From contig CM059432.1 of NCBI GenBank assembly GCA_030390025.1, positions 72,046,001 through 72,110,000 of the forward strand: 64,000 bases of DNA, read 5' to 3'. This document shows, piece after piece, positions 1 to 12,400 of this stretch. Position numbers and translations under genes: made by a program. Below the pieces are notes generated by a model, which worked only from the letters and a program-made list of their open reading frames with translations, searched no databases and had not been told where the DNA came from. The DNA is from Squalus acanthias (taxonomy: Eukaryota). Numbering within the stretch: position 1 is the first letter of the stretch; each line of letters opens with the position of its first letter.

Positions 1-845
1 GCATCAACACGCTGCAGTCAACCATGATTCGTGTGATTACCTCAAAGGACACTGCAGCTGGGCTCTCACTACAGGAAACTGTGGCACCTGTAGCAGCATC
101 TCTCAAGGATGCTCCTATTGTACAGGCTCTGGGTTCAATCAATTCCTCTACCTTGGAGAGGCTAGGAGACCAAATGGATAGGGGCTTCCGTCACATCACA
201 CATGTCCTACAGTCTGCTCTCCTGCAGATAAGTGGAAGTGCTGAGATGCATCCTGATAACAGGGGCAGTCATGTAATGGGAATGGAACATGTTGCCATCT
301 CTCAGGATGATAGGACATGGAGACCCTCATGACCTCCTCAAGCAGTGTCCACCCGGGTGCCACAAAGCCATCAAGTTGTTGCAATCATCAGCTGGGCCCT
401 CTCAGGCCAAAGCTCCTAGAGGTTGCCAACCACAAGCATTTCAAGAATTCTTGACACAACAGCCTTCCCCCTCCCATGCCACAGCCACTGGAGAAGCACT
501 GTGAAGAAGCACTAGAGTAGGTTACAGAGCATTTATACAGACACTAGGGGCTCACACCTGGGGTATAATTAGTGTGTAGACATTGTGTAAACCAGTTAAA
601 TTATAATCCTTTTTGAAATCTGTGTGTGGAGAAAGTGTTCCTGTAGTAGCTGGTGACCCTGAAAGTTAGTGGATACGAATATTAATGTTGGTTTTGGGTT
701 CACTTGATGAGGCAGAACTGGAGGAGCTGTTGGGCATGACTGTTACTACACAGGAAGAAAGATTGTTCAGCTGAAGCGCCCTTTAATGAACTGTTACTGA
801 ACAGCTCTGAATGCAGGCAACTGTTGGAGCCCTCCCACCTCTTCA
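1..845. pseudogene. Decayed Harbinger remnant: 3' end of Myb-like gene (+) and C-terminus of transposase (-)
   Basis: ORF 289..504 ends SAGPSQ...QQPSPSHATATGEAL, matching the Myb-gene C-termini at 39231..40118 and 60085..60855. The minus strand near 770-810 reads AVQ*QFIKGRFS*, resembling the transposase end AVRQRLIASRF*. Confidence 0.6.
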
Positions 846-846
846 C

Positions 847-1045
847 CTTTTTTGTATTCATTCATGGGATGTGGGCATCACTAGCAAGGCCAGCATTTAT
901 TGCCCATCCCTAATTTCCCTTGAGAAGGTGGTAGTGAGCCGCCTTCTTGAACCGCTGCAGTCCATGTGGTGAAGATACTCCCACAGTGCTGTTAGGATGG
1001 GAGTTCCAGGATTTTGACCCAGCGACGATGAAGGAACGGCAATCC
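847..1045 (-). mobile_element. 3' end fragment of a non-LTR retrotransposon (same family as 49834-51345)
   Basis: Near-identical to 49841-50030 (ATTCATTCATGGGATGTGGGCATC...GAAGGAAC), with a T-rich tail on the + strand. Confidence 0.8.
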
Positions 1046-1397
1046 AAATCCGGTGCCTAGGTCGATGCCACATGATCCGTCTGGTTTTATTATTATTGTT
1101 TTTCGTAGCGGTTTGTTACAACTGAGTGGTTTGCTAGGCCATTTCAGAGGGCAGTTAAGAGTCAACCACATTGCTGTGGGTCTGGAGTCACATGTAGGCC
1201 AGACCAAGTAACAAGAAAGTAATTTCTATATGAAAACAGCCTGCTCAGTAAAGGGAAACATCACATCGATGCACTGAAGTGCTCTTCTGAGATTTATTGG
1301 GATATATTTTCCTCTGTTCACTAAAGTTGTTAGTAAAAAATTAGGTGTGAATATAAAACTTTTTTTGCTAATATCAGCATATGGAGGGAAATTCATT

Positions 1398-1577
1398 GGG
1401 CAGAACTTTCAACTTTGGAGGGGGCATAAAACAGGTGGTAACAGATCGACCACCCATACCCCGCCTGATTTTCCACTCTGTTGAAGTCACTGGAAAGGAA
1501 ATTCAGGCGGGGTGTATCGGGGCAGCCAATCCGCTACCGCCCATTTTATGCCCCCACCAAAGTTGATAATTCCACCC
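1398..1577. mobile_element. Palindromic MITE-like element
   Basis: The left arm GGGCAGAACTTTCAACTTTGGAGGGGGCATAAAA pairs with the right arm TTTTATGCCCCCACCAAAGTTGATAATTCCACCC. The whole element is an imperfect hairpin. Confidence 0.65.
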
Positions 1578-3299
1578 GTTGTGTGAGCAACCTAAGGGTA
1601 AACTCTGCAACTAACACTTCTACACCATGATGCTGCTTAGTATAAAGTAGGAAAAAATTTTCATTTCCCCATTGTTGCAATCACTTACACTCACTCAAGA
1701 AATTCTTCAAATATAAAATTAACTTTTGAATTCTACTTTTTATGATATAAAAACTAAGACACAGTGTGCCACAAATTCACTTTTTGACAATAAAATATTC
1801 TTGTGGAAAATACAATGCTGGTTAGGCACCATTTCAAAAATATGCTCAGTCAGAATTTATCACTTCTTCCCTGGAGCACAGCATAATAATCAAAATGCAA
1901 ATTACAACTTAACATTAGATTGCCCACACAATCCTGGGTCAGGAATTTCCTGTGGGTGGTATAGTTACTGCCTGATATTGTGACTCCACTTACCTGTCTG
2001 ACAGGTAACATAATTTCGGATGGTACCCACGCTGGATGCAATGGTTTACAATTCCTGGGGGTGGAATGGAATAGTCAGAGGGGAGTCACCTGAATTACCA
2101 TTTGCTCCTGAGTTTCCTTATTTTTAAAATCAGTGTCACTTGGGGGAAAAGCAGTATTTATCACTGCATTATCTACTTACTAATAGCAAAAAAAAAATTC
2201 TCATCTTTTCCCATGGCAAGCATTCTGTTTAGGCACAGCAATTGAGGATGCAGTTTACATAGCAATAGGAAAATATTTTTTGTCATGTGTGCTGTGCTTT
2301 ACTGCTGAACTGCATATCCCTCTCGTCCCTTTCCATGAGTGGTTTTCAGGCATTTTAAGATCTAAAATGAAGACTATTGCTGGTATAAGATTTACATATT
2401 TCATGAATGGAATCAGTGGTGACTGCAGAACAGCAATGACAGGAAAGTAATTGTGCCAGTGGTAAGCCCATAGCCCATCAGAAGAAAATATTAGTCTACA
2501 TTCTTCCCATCTATGCTAATAAGGTAAATATGGTATGTAACAAGAAGATACCTTTGTACTCTATAAATAAGAACAAATGTCCTGAAAATTCCTGGAATCT
2601 TTCGGCATAAGAATGGCGTAAGAACGGAGTCGCGCCTTTTTCTTCAGAGGACATTTGTGCATGGCTGGTTTACGTTGGTTTTACGCTGAAACATCACAAC
2701 ACACAAATTTCCGCGATCTTTTGCGGCGCTCTTGAGTTACGTCCGTTGAAACCCCACTTAGCTCATTAACATAGCTCCACCCCCATGCAAAAGACCAGGG
2801 GGGGAAAATTCGGTACCTTAGCGCCTCCCATTAGCGCCAGAAGATGGCGCTAACAGTGCGCTAGAGCATTATCGCTGGGGCGAGGCGAATCCAACGCCGC
2901 ACGCTAAATCCTGCCAGTCCGCAGCACCGCCGCTAACAGTTATCGCCAGGAGCCTCTACGCCAGGTGGATCGTGACATCAGTGAGTGTGCAACATCACTG
3001 AGCACCCGATATGCAAAATTGATTGTCGCCACCAACCTCAGCGCCTGGAGTAAACAGCGACAGGGAGAGCTGGCGTGAAGCAGCAGGAAGCCTGCTCCAG
3101 GGACGTTATTTAAAGGGATCATCAGTAATGACTCGCAGCTGTCAGGTTAGTGGAGTTTCAGTGGTTTCTTGTCAGTTTCACATAGTGCAACAGTGTCATT
3201 CTGTCATTTCAACATTATTAAGTACCAGGAGTGCTGTGGCAACTAAAATGTGCTACATCTATTATTAAAAAAGTCAAACTGCCACACTCGGTTACATTA

Positions 3300-3893
3300 A
3301 TGGGGGCTATACTGGCAGTCGACCTCGCCCTCCAGGATCTACGGCGGAGGGAGTGGAGGCAGCGAGAAAGACTGGAACATGTGCCCAGAGGGAGGAGGAG
3401 GGCCATCGAGGCTTTCACCAGGAGGCCTTACCCTCCGAAGGTATTCCGAGAGCACTTCTCCTACCTCCAATTAAGCGAGAAGCAGTGCTTTAGAAGGCTC
3501 CGCTTCACCAAGGAGGTGGTCACAGAACTCTGCCACCTCCTGCAACCAGACATCCAGCCTCAGATCAGGGTGATCACGGCTCTCTCAGTGGCAGTCAAGG
3601 TCACCGTCGCCCTCAATTTCTTCGCCAGCAGATCCTTCCAGTCTGCAACAGGAGACATAACTAACATCTCGCAATTTGCTGTCCATCGCTGCATCTGGGA
3701 GGTCACAGAGGCTCTTTACAGTAGGAGAAGGGATTACATTTCCTTCCCCATCACCAGAGAGAAGCAGGACCAGTGCGCATGTGGCTTTACCAGGATAGCG
3801 GGCTTGCCCATGGTGCAGGGCGCCATTGACTTCACCCACTTGGCTTTGCGGGCACTGCATTACAATCCTGAGATCTTCCGTAACCCCAAATAA
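3300..3893 (+). pseudogene. Harbinger (HARBI1-like) transposase, 5' half only
   Basis: RRPYPPKVFR, RLRFTKEVVTELCHLL, LNFFAS and GAIDFTH are present. The frame stops shortly after the first catalytic Asp. Confidence 0.85.
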
Positions 3894-3904
3894 CCGTAAC
3901 TGTA

Positions 3905-5370
3905 ACCTGCTGCGACACCATCAAAGCCCTAGTCGACGGTCGTAGACCCAGCCACGATGGCAGCAGTCAGCACTTACGGGCATCAAGCTGAGACTGCATG
4001 AGAGCAGTCTGAGATTTGATGCTACCAAGCATAGACTGCATTACAGCACTAACACGTTGCATCGCTTCCGCCTGTTCTTCAATGGAAGCTGCCAGATCGC
4101 CCATCACACGTGGCATCTGGGAGTCTACCATCCTTTGCAGACTGGAAATGATGGGCTCCATGGTATGCGCAGAGCTTTGTGCAATGTTGGAGGTGGACTC
4201 CTCCACGCTCCTTACCATTACCGCGAGGCTCTCGGGCACCCTTGCCATTGCACCTATCATCTTCATGTGCATGCCCATCATCCTTCTTCTAAACACCTCT
4301 CCATCGAGGTCCTCATCTGAGTCCTGTGCAGCAGAACTCGCACATGAACTCGACCTCCAGGGAGCTGGCCCCTGAGCTACCCTTTCCCCCTCATCCCCGG
4401 TGCCTCACCCTGTGCAGATCCTGCTACTATACTAGCCTCTAAAAAACGCGTAGTGCCTGTATTTGAGCTGGTGCCTGCGGGTGAGACATGCTGTGACGTG
4501 GTGCGTTCTTCCTCCTCCTCTTCTCCCACCTCGCTCTCTACAGTGCCCTCAGGGACAGGCTGCTCAGGTGCTTACTCATTATCTGAAAGCATAAAGTCAC
4601 AAGAGACAGGTTAAGGTGAGGGGAGAGGGCAGGAAGGGAGAAATGCATGCATACAGCACGATTAGCTGGAATGTGCGAAACGCTTGTGGGGTGAGGGGGA
4701 AGTGAGATGTGAGAAGACAGAGTAGGGATGAACATACTGTTGTTGTCCCCAAGGGGGTCAACGTCACCGGTGGCCACGGCGTCCACCACCTTGCGCCCAA
4801 TAATCTGCAGCACTCGAGTCTCCAGCTCAGACAGTGGTTGGTTGTCGGCTTGTCCCCCGCCTGTACGCTCCTGCTCCCTCCTGTTGTGTGCCATCTTGGC
4901 CTGCAGGAGAAAGGAAAGTGTGTGAGTGAGTGTGGAGCAATGTGTTTGGGTGATGTGCGTGCCATAGCTGAATAGCTGTCATTGTGTGCAAGGTGTAAGA
5001 TGTGGGTGTGAGTGTTGGTAGGTAGAGATTGTTGGTGGGTGAGTGCTGGGGGTGTGGTGCTTTGGCCAGTGTGTGCAGACTGCGATTCTGATGGTGGTAT
5101 GTAGCATTTGTTGAAGCATTGATTCACCCTGACCACCCGAGTGAGGTCGTTAAATTCCTTCCTGCACTGTGTGTGGGTCCTGAGGACCACAGTGCTGCCC
5201 GAGACTTGCTGGGCAACGTCCCTCCATGTGGCACGGAAGATTTGTGGCGAGGGCCTCCTGCCACTTGCCGGGTAGAGCACCGCACTCCGTCTCTCCACAG
5301 CGAACACCAACGCTTCCAATGCTTGATTGCTGAATCTGCGAGCTCTCTCCCTGGGGCGTGGATCTGCCAT
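3905..5370 (-). pseudogene. Harbinger Myb/SANT-like gene, 3 exons, 3'-truncated
   Basis: MADPRPRERARRFSNQALEALV...RTHTQCRKEFNDL, then an exon 2 reading HNRREQERTGGG and an exon 3 coiled-coil region (ORF 3967..4296). Confidence 0.8.
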
Positions 5371-5975
5371 GAGCACACCTGCTTCAGTCCTCCGGCTCCT
5401 TCTCCTTGACCTGCTGCTGCTTGCTGAGGCAGCTGCACAGCCAGCAATGCTGAGAATGAGGTTCTGTAGCATCAATGAATCTCCCCTTTAAGAACTGGAA
5501 AAAGCCTATGGTAATTAATGACTTGCGATTAGACTGCACCTGATATTGGTCCACCCTTTGAGTGTAACGCCAATGAGCTTGGGCTTAAAGACTTGAATTA
5601 GCGCCCCAATCATTTCTTTGAACAGTGAGAATGAATTTTGCGTGCAGTCTAAAGCATTAGCGACTGGCACTAATTCTCCAACTTTTCTAATTATACTGCC
5701 CATTCCTGGGCTATAATGAATTTCTAGCCACAGAGATTGCGAGTTTCCTACATTTATACCGGTTCGGAACAGGCATAAATTTAAGCCCAAAATTTTAGTT
5801 ACAGCAGGACTTAAAGTCACGACTGCTGGTATTTTATAATGATCTTTGTTTTGCAATTTTTCCTTATTAAGACCTGCATTGCATTTTTTATATATTTGAA
5901 TGCTTATTTATGGCATCAGAAGCTTTTACATTAAAAAGAGAAAAGCTTCCACAATTGTATTTTGTAAAACATCCT

Positions 5976-6930
5976 GGGGGTTGATTTGTGTCAGCGGGTT
6001 CAGGCGTTAAGGATCCTCCGAGGTGGCTTAGATGGGGTCTTGAGCTGAAACACCGGTTTAGCCCTCATTTAGCGCAAGACGCCATGTTGGTAAAGGAGTT
6101 GAAGCCTGCACTTGGAACAGCCACCAAGAGGATCATTCAGGGGCTGATTGTCATTTAAAACAGCTGCTCATTAAGGAGGCTGCATGGCATTTTGGTGGAT
6201 AACGCTTGTCAAACGCCCTCTCCTAACAGTGACCAGCTGATTGGGGGTAAACAAGGTGTTGATGTTGATTTCAAGTGCTACTTAAAGGGATATTCACAAT
6301 TTCATGTTCATTTGCTGCTGGTGCTGTGAAGAAGACCTCTGAAACACAGCGGGAGACTTTCTGGGACACTTTGTCAAGACTTCACCAACACTCGAGCAAC
6401 ATTTATTCTGCAAATTCTCTGAGGACTTCACCTAAAAAGAGTAAGTGCTGAGCTACTCCACCTTATAGCAGTCACCAGGAGAAAGGGAGTGCTTGATCAT
6501 CGGCATCTTGGTCAGGACGAGGAATGGGAGGAGCACATGAAGCCAGGCAGAGCAGCACCAGCTGCTGCAGGAAAGAGGGACAGGAGAGCAAGGAGGGCGA
6601 GGTGGCGTCCTTCCCCCCTGTGGGTACTGCTCTGGACCTCCTCCACCAGGACCACTAGTGTCGCTGTGTGCCAGTCAGTGCACTCCACACCTTCGGTGGA
6701 AGTGGGTGCGCGGAGCCCACGTATACTGCTCCATGAAAATTGTGTCTAATCAGAACTTGAGCGCTAGACCTGCAGGTGTCTGGTTTAGCACCTCCAGGCA
6801 AATTCAAATTATGGTAATAAGCAATTAGGACCAAACTTGTGTGCTAAATCCAGACTTTCAAATAGGTGTGTCTTATTAGCACAGCACCCTTTACTGCCTG
6901 TTTTCACTCTTTGGCCAAATTAACAACTCC
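5976..6930. mobile_element. Old internally deleted Harbinger-like element
   Basis: GGGGGTTGATTT start. A basic stretch RRARRARWRPSP resembles the transposase N-terminus and is joined to an antisense Myb-like exon-1 remnant. The ends are degenerate. Confidence 0.45.
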
Positions 6931-7289
6931 CACCCCCCGCCACCCGCCTCCCCACCACCCGGCTTAATGTACATACATGATGGTTTGAGGGCTTTAAACT
7001 TTAATTTTAAGCACATCAATAGATGAAGGACTTAAAGAAGGAAGTAAGGCCGAGAAATTCGATGCTTTAACATTGGCTGTTAAGGCCGGATTTGTAGAAA
7101 AAATGGCCGTTGCCTCGCTTCTGCCCACTTCCGGCGCGGAACGCGGCGGCCGCCATATTGGGCAGGTCAGCAGCGCTGCCGTTGCCTTCGCTCACCACAA
7201 GTATTTTAATTACCAGGAGCATGACGTCAATCAGCGTGCAGTGCCAAATTGATGCACACTCATCCATTTTGGACCTCACCGACTAATAT

Positions 7290-8400
7290 ATGTGTTAAAT
7301 TTCATCTGCCATGTGTCTGTCCATTTCAGCTGTCTGCCTATGTCCTCCTGAAAGTCTGTTACTATCCTTCTCATTGTTTACTACATTTCCGAGTTGAGTG
7401 TCATCTGCAAACTTTGAAATTATACACTGTATACCCAAGTCCAGGTCATTAATATATATCAAAAAGAGCAGTGGTCCTAATACCAACCCCTTGGGAACAC
7501 CATTGTATATTTATATCCAGTCTGAAAAACATCAGTTCACCACTACTCTCTGCTTTCTGTCCCTTAGCCAATTTCGTATCCACACTGCCACTGTCCCTTT
7601 AATCCTATGGGCTTCAATTTTGCGGACAAGTCTATTATATGGTACATTGTCAAACGCCTTTTGAAAGTCCATATACATAACATCAATCTCACTACCCTCA
7701 TCAACCCTCTCCATTACTTCATCAAAGAATTCAATCAAGTTAGTCTAACAGGATTTGCCTTTAACAAATCAGTGCTGACTTTCATTTACTAGCCCATACT
7801 TTTCCAAATGCCAATTAATTTTGTCCCGGATTATTGTTATCTAAAAGTTTCCCCACCACCGACGGTAAGCTGACTGGCCAGTAGTTGTCTGTTTTGCAAT
7901 CCTCGGTCTTCTGGCACCACCCCCATACCTAAGGAGGATTGGAAGATTATGGCCAGAGTCTCCGCAATTTCAACCCTTACTTCCCTCAGTAACCTAGGAT
8001 GCATCCCATCCGAACTGGGTGACTTTTAGGACTGCCAACCTTTTAAGTACCTCCTTTTATCTATTTTTATTCGATCCAATATCGCTACTCCCTCCTCCTT
8101 AACTGCTACATTGGCAGCATCCTTTTCTCTTGTGAAGGCAAAGTGCTCATTTAGTACCTCAGCCTTGCCCTCTGCCTCTACAAGAAGACCTCCTTTTTCA
8201 TCCCGAATTGGTCCCACCCTTCCTTTGACTACCCATTTACTATTTATATGTTTATAAAAGACTTTGGGGTTCCCTTTTACATTAGCCGCTAATCTATTTT
8301 CATACACTCTCTTTGCCCCTCTTATTCCCTTTTTTTAGATCTCCTCTGTATTTTCTGTATTCAGCTTGGTCCTCTATGAGGATACCAGCATCTTGTATCC
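7290..8400 (-). mobile_element. CR1 LINE ORF2 (RT) fragment
   Basis: YENRLAANVKGNPKVFY, YMDFQKAFD, VLGPLLFLIYINDL and SKFADDT. Continues the CR1 segment at 13411-14826. Confidence 0.9.
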
Positions 8401-9341
8401 TTTCAGCTCCGCCGCTGGCCAAGGGCTCAGCCAGCCCTGCCAAGAATGGCCAGCAGCATCTCCTCCAAGCAGGTGAGGTGATTCTAGGAGTGGGAGGTTT
8501 GCCTTGTGATTGGTATAGATTGTTGGTAGGTGAGTGATTGGGGAGGGGAATTGTATATTGAGAAGTGTGTGAGGCTGGTGGTGCAGTTGGTAGAAGACGG
8601 CTTTTGAAGATGCATTCACTGATCTTGACCACTGGTCTGAGGTCATGAAGTTTCTTTGGGCACTGGAGCCAGATGGTGGGGGTGACACTGCTGGCAGTGA
8701 CGGCCTCGGTGACGTGGCCCCACATCATTCTTTCTGGAGGACCTCCTGGCCCCTGTGGACAGAGGACGTCTCTTGCAGTGTTGACCCCCTGCACAAAGCT
8801 GGAGTGCTGAGTGCGAGACCCTGGGTGCCCCTTCCCTGGCTTGATAAACCATTTGTGTGAGTGCTGAAGCACTTTTCCTATTTTTTTGAGGTGCGGAAGG
8901 AAATTCAGCTTTAAGAGCTGAAGATTCCCATTTGGGAATGTTTTTTCAAATATTATTTTTTTTAAATGCAGTAGAGCTGTAAGTGCTGAAAACCGCATTT
9001 TTTTACTTCATTTTTATTTTTATCAGTTCAGAAGGCATTGCCCTTTTAAGCAAACAACAATGCAGTGCCCTTTTAATATCCCACAATGCTTAGCAAAATC
9101 ATAGCCTCGCTTCAAGAGGCTTTTGGAAGATGCAACGCCGCTTCTGGGTGCCACATTCAGGACTGATGCCAGGTCTAATACCATCAGGAAGGCGTTACAT
9201 GGTCAGTTTAGTGCTGGGCTAATAATCTTTAGTCCCCAGCGTGAATTTTTCTCTTCTACCAGTGCAACCATTTTCGCCAGCCGTTAACCCAAGGCTGCGG
9301 TGACACCAGCAACTTTCGCGTCACAGTCAGATTTCTAGGCC
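8400..9341 (-). mobile_element. Harbinger terminal fragment with decayed Myb-like exons 1-2
   Basis: Terminus GATTTCTAGGCC. Residual WLQCPKKLHDL and AEPLASGGAE motifs match Myb-like exons elsewhere in the window. Confidence 0.6.
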
Positions 9342-9350
9342 TTTATCTTT

Positions 9351-9457
9351 TGTCATCGAGGGAGCTGTAGCATTGGATGCCCTTCATTTCCCTTTCGTGG
9401 GACTGTGTCTTGATGCAATAAAGTTCGAGTCACAGGAAGCTGTATTGTGTTACCACA
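9351..9457 (-). repeat. Putative 3' LTR (short or truncated)
   Basis: Begins TGTGGTA directly after the PPT. The distal end is uncertain; the nearest CA terminus before Harbinger sequence is at 9351. Confidence 0.55.
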
Positions 9458-9475
9458 TTCTCCCCCCCCAAAAGA

Positions 9476-12400
9476 TTAGGAGGCCGGGATGCTCCCTCCA
9501 TTTTGTAGCCGCCGGACGAGGGAGAGCCGCACCCGTTTGGGTTCTCGTAGCGGTAGAGGGTCCCTAGCCCGTTTACCCGCCGCGGGCCGTGGACCAGAGT
9601 CCGAGTGATCCGGCCCGCTCTGTGAGGGGTCAGGACGATCCTGACTGTGTACTGGTGCCCGAACGGGTGTCGGGCAGGGCTGTGGCAGATCCGTTTCCGA
9701 GCGTATGGTACGGGGTGGATCGTGGCTGCGCGTGCGAGCCCCGACGGGCTCATAGTCAGTCTGCCCCAGGTCGGCACGCTGGAGTGAGGTACCAGCCGGC
9801 GTCAGATCCAGATCGTGATGAGAGGCACCTGGCGAGCCCAGAGATGTGCCTGGTACAATATCATCCCCTGGTGTCCCTCTATGTTTCGCCGGGCAGGGAG
9901 CCAGATCCCGCAATGACACGGTAGATTCCCGACCGTCAGGATACCGAATATAGGCGTAGGTAGGGTTGACGTCAGTGAGCTCAACCTCATCTACCAGGGG
10001 GTCATTCTTAGACGCCCGGACATATCTTCGGAGTAGCACTGGTCCCGGTGCAGTCAGCCACGACGGGAGAGATATCCCATAGGATGAGCGACGCTGAAAT
10101 CGGAAGAACCGTTCATGAGGCGTCGTATTTGTGGCGGTCGAAAGGAGGGACCGTGTGGAGTGTAATGCGTCTGGAAGTATTGCTTCCCATTGCTGGTTGG
10201 GTAGGCCCCGAGATCTCAAAGCCAGACGTACCGCATTCCAGATGATAGCGTTAAAACGCTCGACTTGCCCATTCCCGACCGGATGATAAGGCGTCGTTCT
10301 GCTGGCAGCAATACCCCGTTCCGAGAGATAGGCCTTGAGTTCTCCTGACATAAAAGAAGGGCCCCGATCCGAATGAACATAGGATGCCATGCCACAGAAA
10401 GCAAATACCTGCTCAAGGCAGCTGATAACCGTGGTCGTCAGCATATTGGGGCAGGGAAAGGCAAACGGAAAACAGGAATACTCATCGACCATGGTCAATA
10501 GATAAGTGTTGCGAGTTGAAGAGGGCAACGGCCCCTTAAAATCGATGCTAAGCCGTTGCATTGGCTGGGTCGCATGTATGAGTATACCACCCGAGGGGCG
10601 GAAAAACTGAGGTTTCAATTCCGCACAGACTCTGCAGTCCGAGCACATCTTCTTTACATCCCCGGTAGAGAATGGGAGATTTCGGGACCGCACGAAGTGT
10701 AGCATGCGAGTAACGCCCGGATGACACAACCCATCATGGATGTCTACGAGCGTAGAGGGTGCCATGGCGGAGCAGAATGCTCGTGTGAGGGTATCCGGAG
10801 CCACATTCTCCTTGCCAGGTCGATAGTGGATGGTGTAACCAAAAGAGGCCAATTCCAGCCGCCAAAGCTGGATTTTATTATTTTTAATTTTGGTCCGTTT
10901 TCGATTATCGAGCATGAAGGCGACCGATCGCTGGTCCGTGATTAAGGTAAAGTGCTGGCGAGCTAGGAGATGAGTCCACTTCCGTACTGCCTCTATGATG
11001 GCTGTAGCTTCTTTCTCGACTGGAGGATAATGTAGCTCAGCCCCTTGAAAAGTCCTGGACAAAAATGCCACCGGACGACCTTCCTGATTCAGAGTGGCCG
11101 AGATCGCCACCTCCGAGGCATCACACTCAACAACAAAAGGAAGACTCTCATCGATGGAGTGAAGAGCCGCTTTCTCCAACTGTTTTTTCAGGAGGTTAAA
11201 GGCTGCAACAGCCGCTGTGTCCAGTGGGAATGTGCTGGCCTTCAGTAGAGGTTGGATTCGGTCCGAGAAGTTAGGAATCCATTTAGCATAGTATGCAAAC
11301 AGGCCGAGGGCCCGGCGCAAGGAGGCCGGATTCTTAGGTGGCGGGAGTTCTTGGAGTGGGCGAAGCCTTTCAGGGTCAGGTTTAATGATGCCATTGCCCA
11401 CACAATAGCCAAGGATGTTGATGGTTGGTTGTGACTCAATGGATTTAGCCGCATTTAATGTCAAATTACGGTGCTGGAGTGCATCCCAAAATCGTTGGAG
11501 ATTGGCGTCATGTTCCCGCTGATTGCGACCTGCGACAGTAATATTGTCCAGATAAGGAAACGTATCCTTCAAGTCTTCCTGTTTGACCAGGTCATCCATT
11601 GCTCGCTGGAAGACAGCCACTCCATTAGTGACCCCAAAGGGGAGGCGACGAAATTGATACAGCCGTCCATTGGCTTCAAAGGCCGTATACTGCTTGTCTG
11701 AGACCTTCAAGGGTACCTGATGATAGGCACTTTTCAGATCATATGTTGAGAACACCGTGTACTCAGACAGTTTATTAACCATATCGTCGATGCGCGGCAA
11801 TGGGTATGCGTCCAAGTCCGTATATTGATTGATGGTCTGTGAATAGTCAATGCTCAGCCGTTTCTTGTGAGGTTGTAGAGGGTTCTTAACAATAACGACC
11901 TGGGCGCGCCATGGCGACGAACAAGGCTCGATGATATCCTCTGCTAAAAGCCGAGAAATCTCAGCCGCAATAAAAGACTGGTCTTCCTGACTGAAACGTC
12001 GTGACTTTGTTATAATCGGTTTGCATCGAGGAGGGATACTGGTAAACAGTGAGGGTTCATCCAGTGAAGCTGCTGACAATGCACAGAACGGTAATCGAGG
12101 TCGTATATTAGAAATAGTGAGTTCAGGTTTGGATCCACCGAACTCAATGGTGAGCTTCTTATGCTGCTTTTGAAAATCCAGCCCTAAGATAAGATCACTA
12201 CATAAGTCCTTGAGCACCGAAAGCCGGGTGGAGGGATACCTGTGACCATTAAGTGTTATTTCAACCATACAAAAGCCAGAAATTCTGGTATTAAGTGATG
12301 ACTGAGCCATCGCAATTGCCTGGTCCGATGGGAAAACATGTAGCTTTAACTCTGCAACAATCTGTTCCCTAATGAAACTATCAGTGCTACCTGAGTCAAT

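Larger units (their letters stand above)
2799..5730. mobile_element. PIF/Harbinger transposon, internally deleted
   Basis: Ends GGGGGGAAAATT / AATTTCTAGCCA, CAG target duplication (2796-2798, 5731-5733), convergent transposase and Myb-like remnants. Homologous to 58330-62327. Confidence 0.85.

Noticed and set aside
7048..9341. Single Harbinger bounded by GGCCGAGAAATT and GATTTCTAGGCC
   Set aside because: The flanking trinucleotides differ (TAA vs TTT), and the enclosed CR1 piece belongs to a LINE extending to 14826. These are more likely ends of two separate elements.
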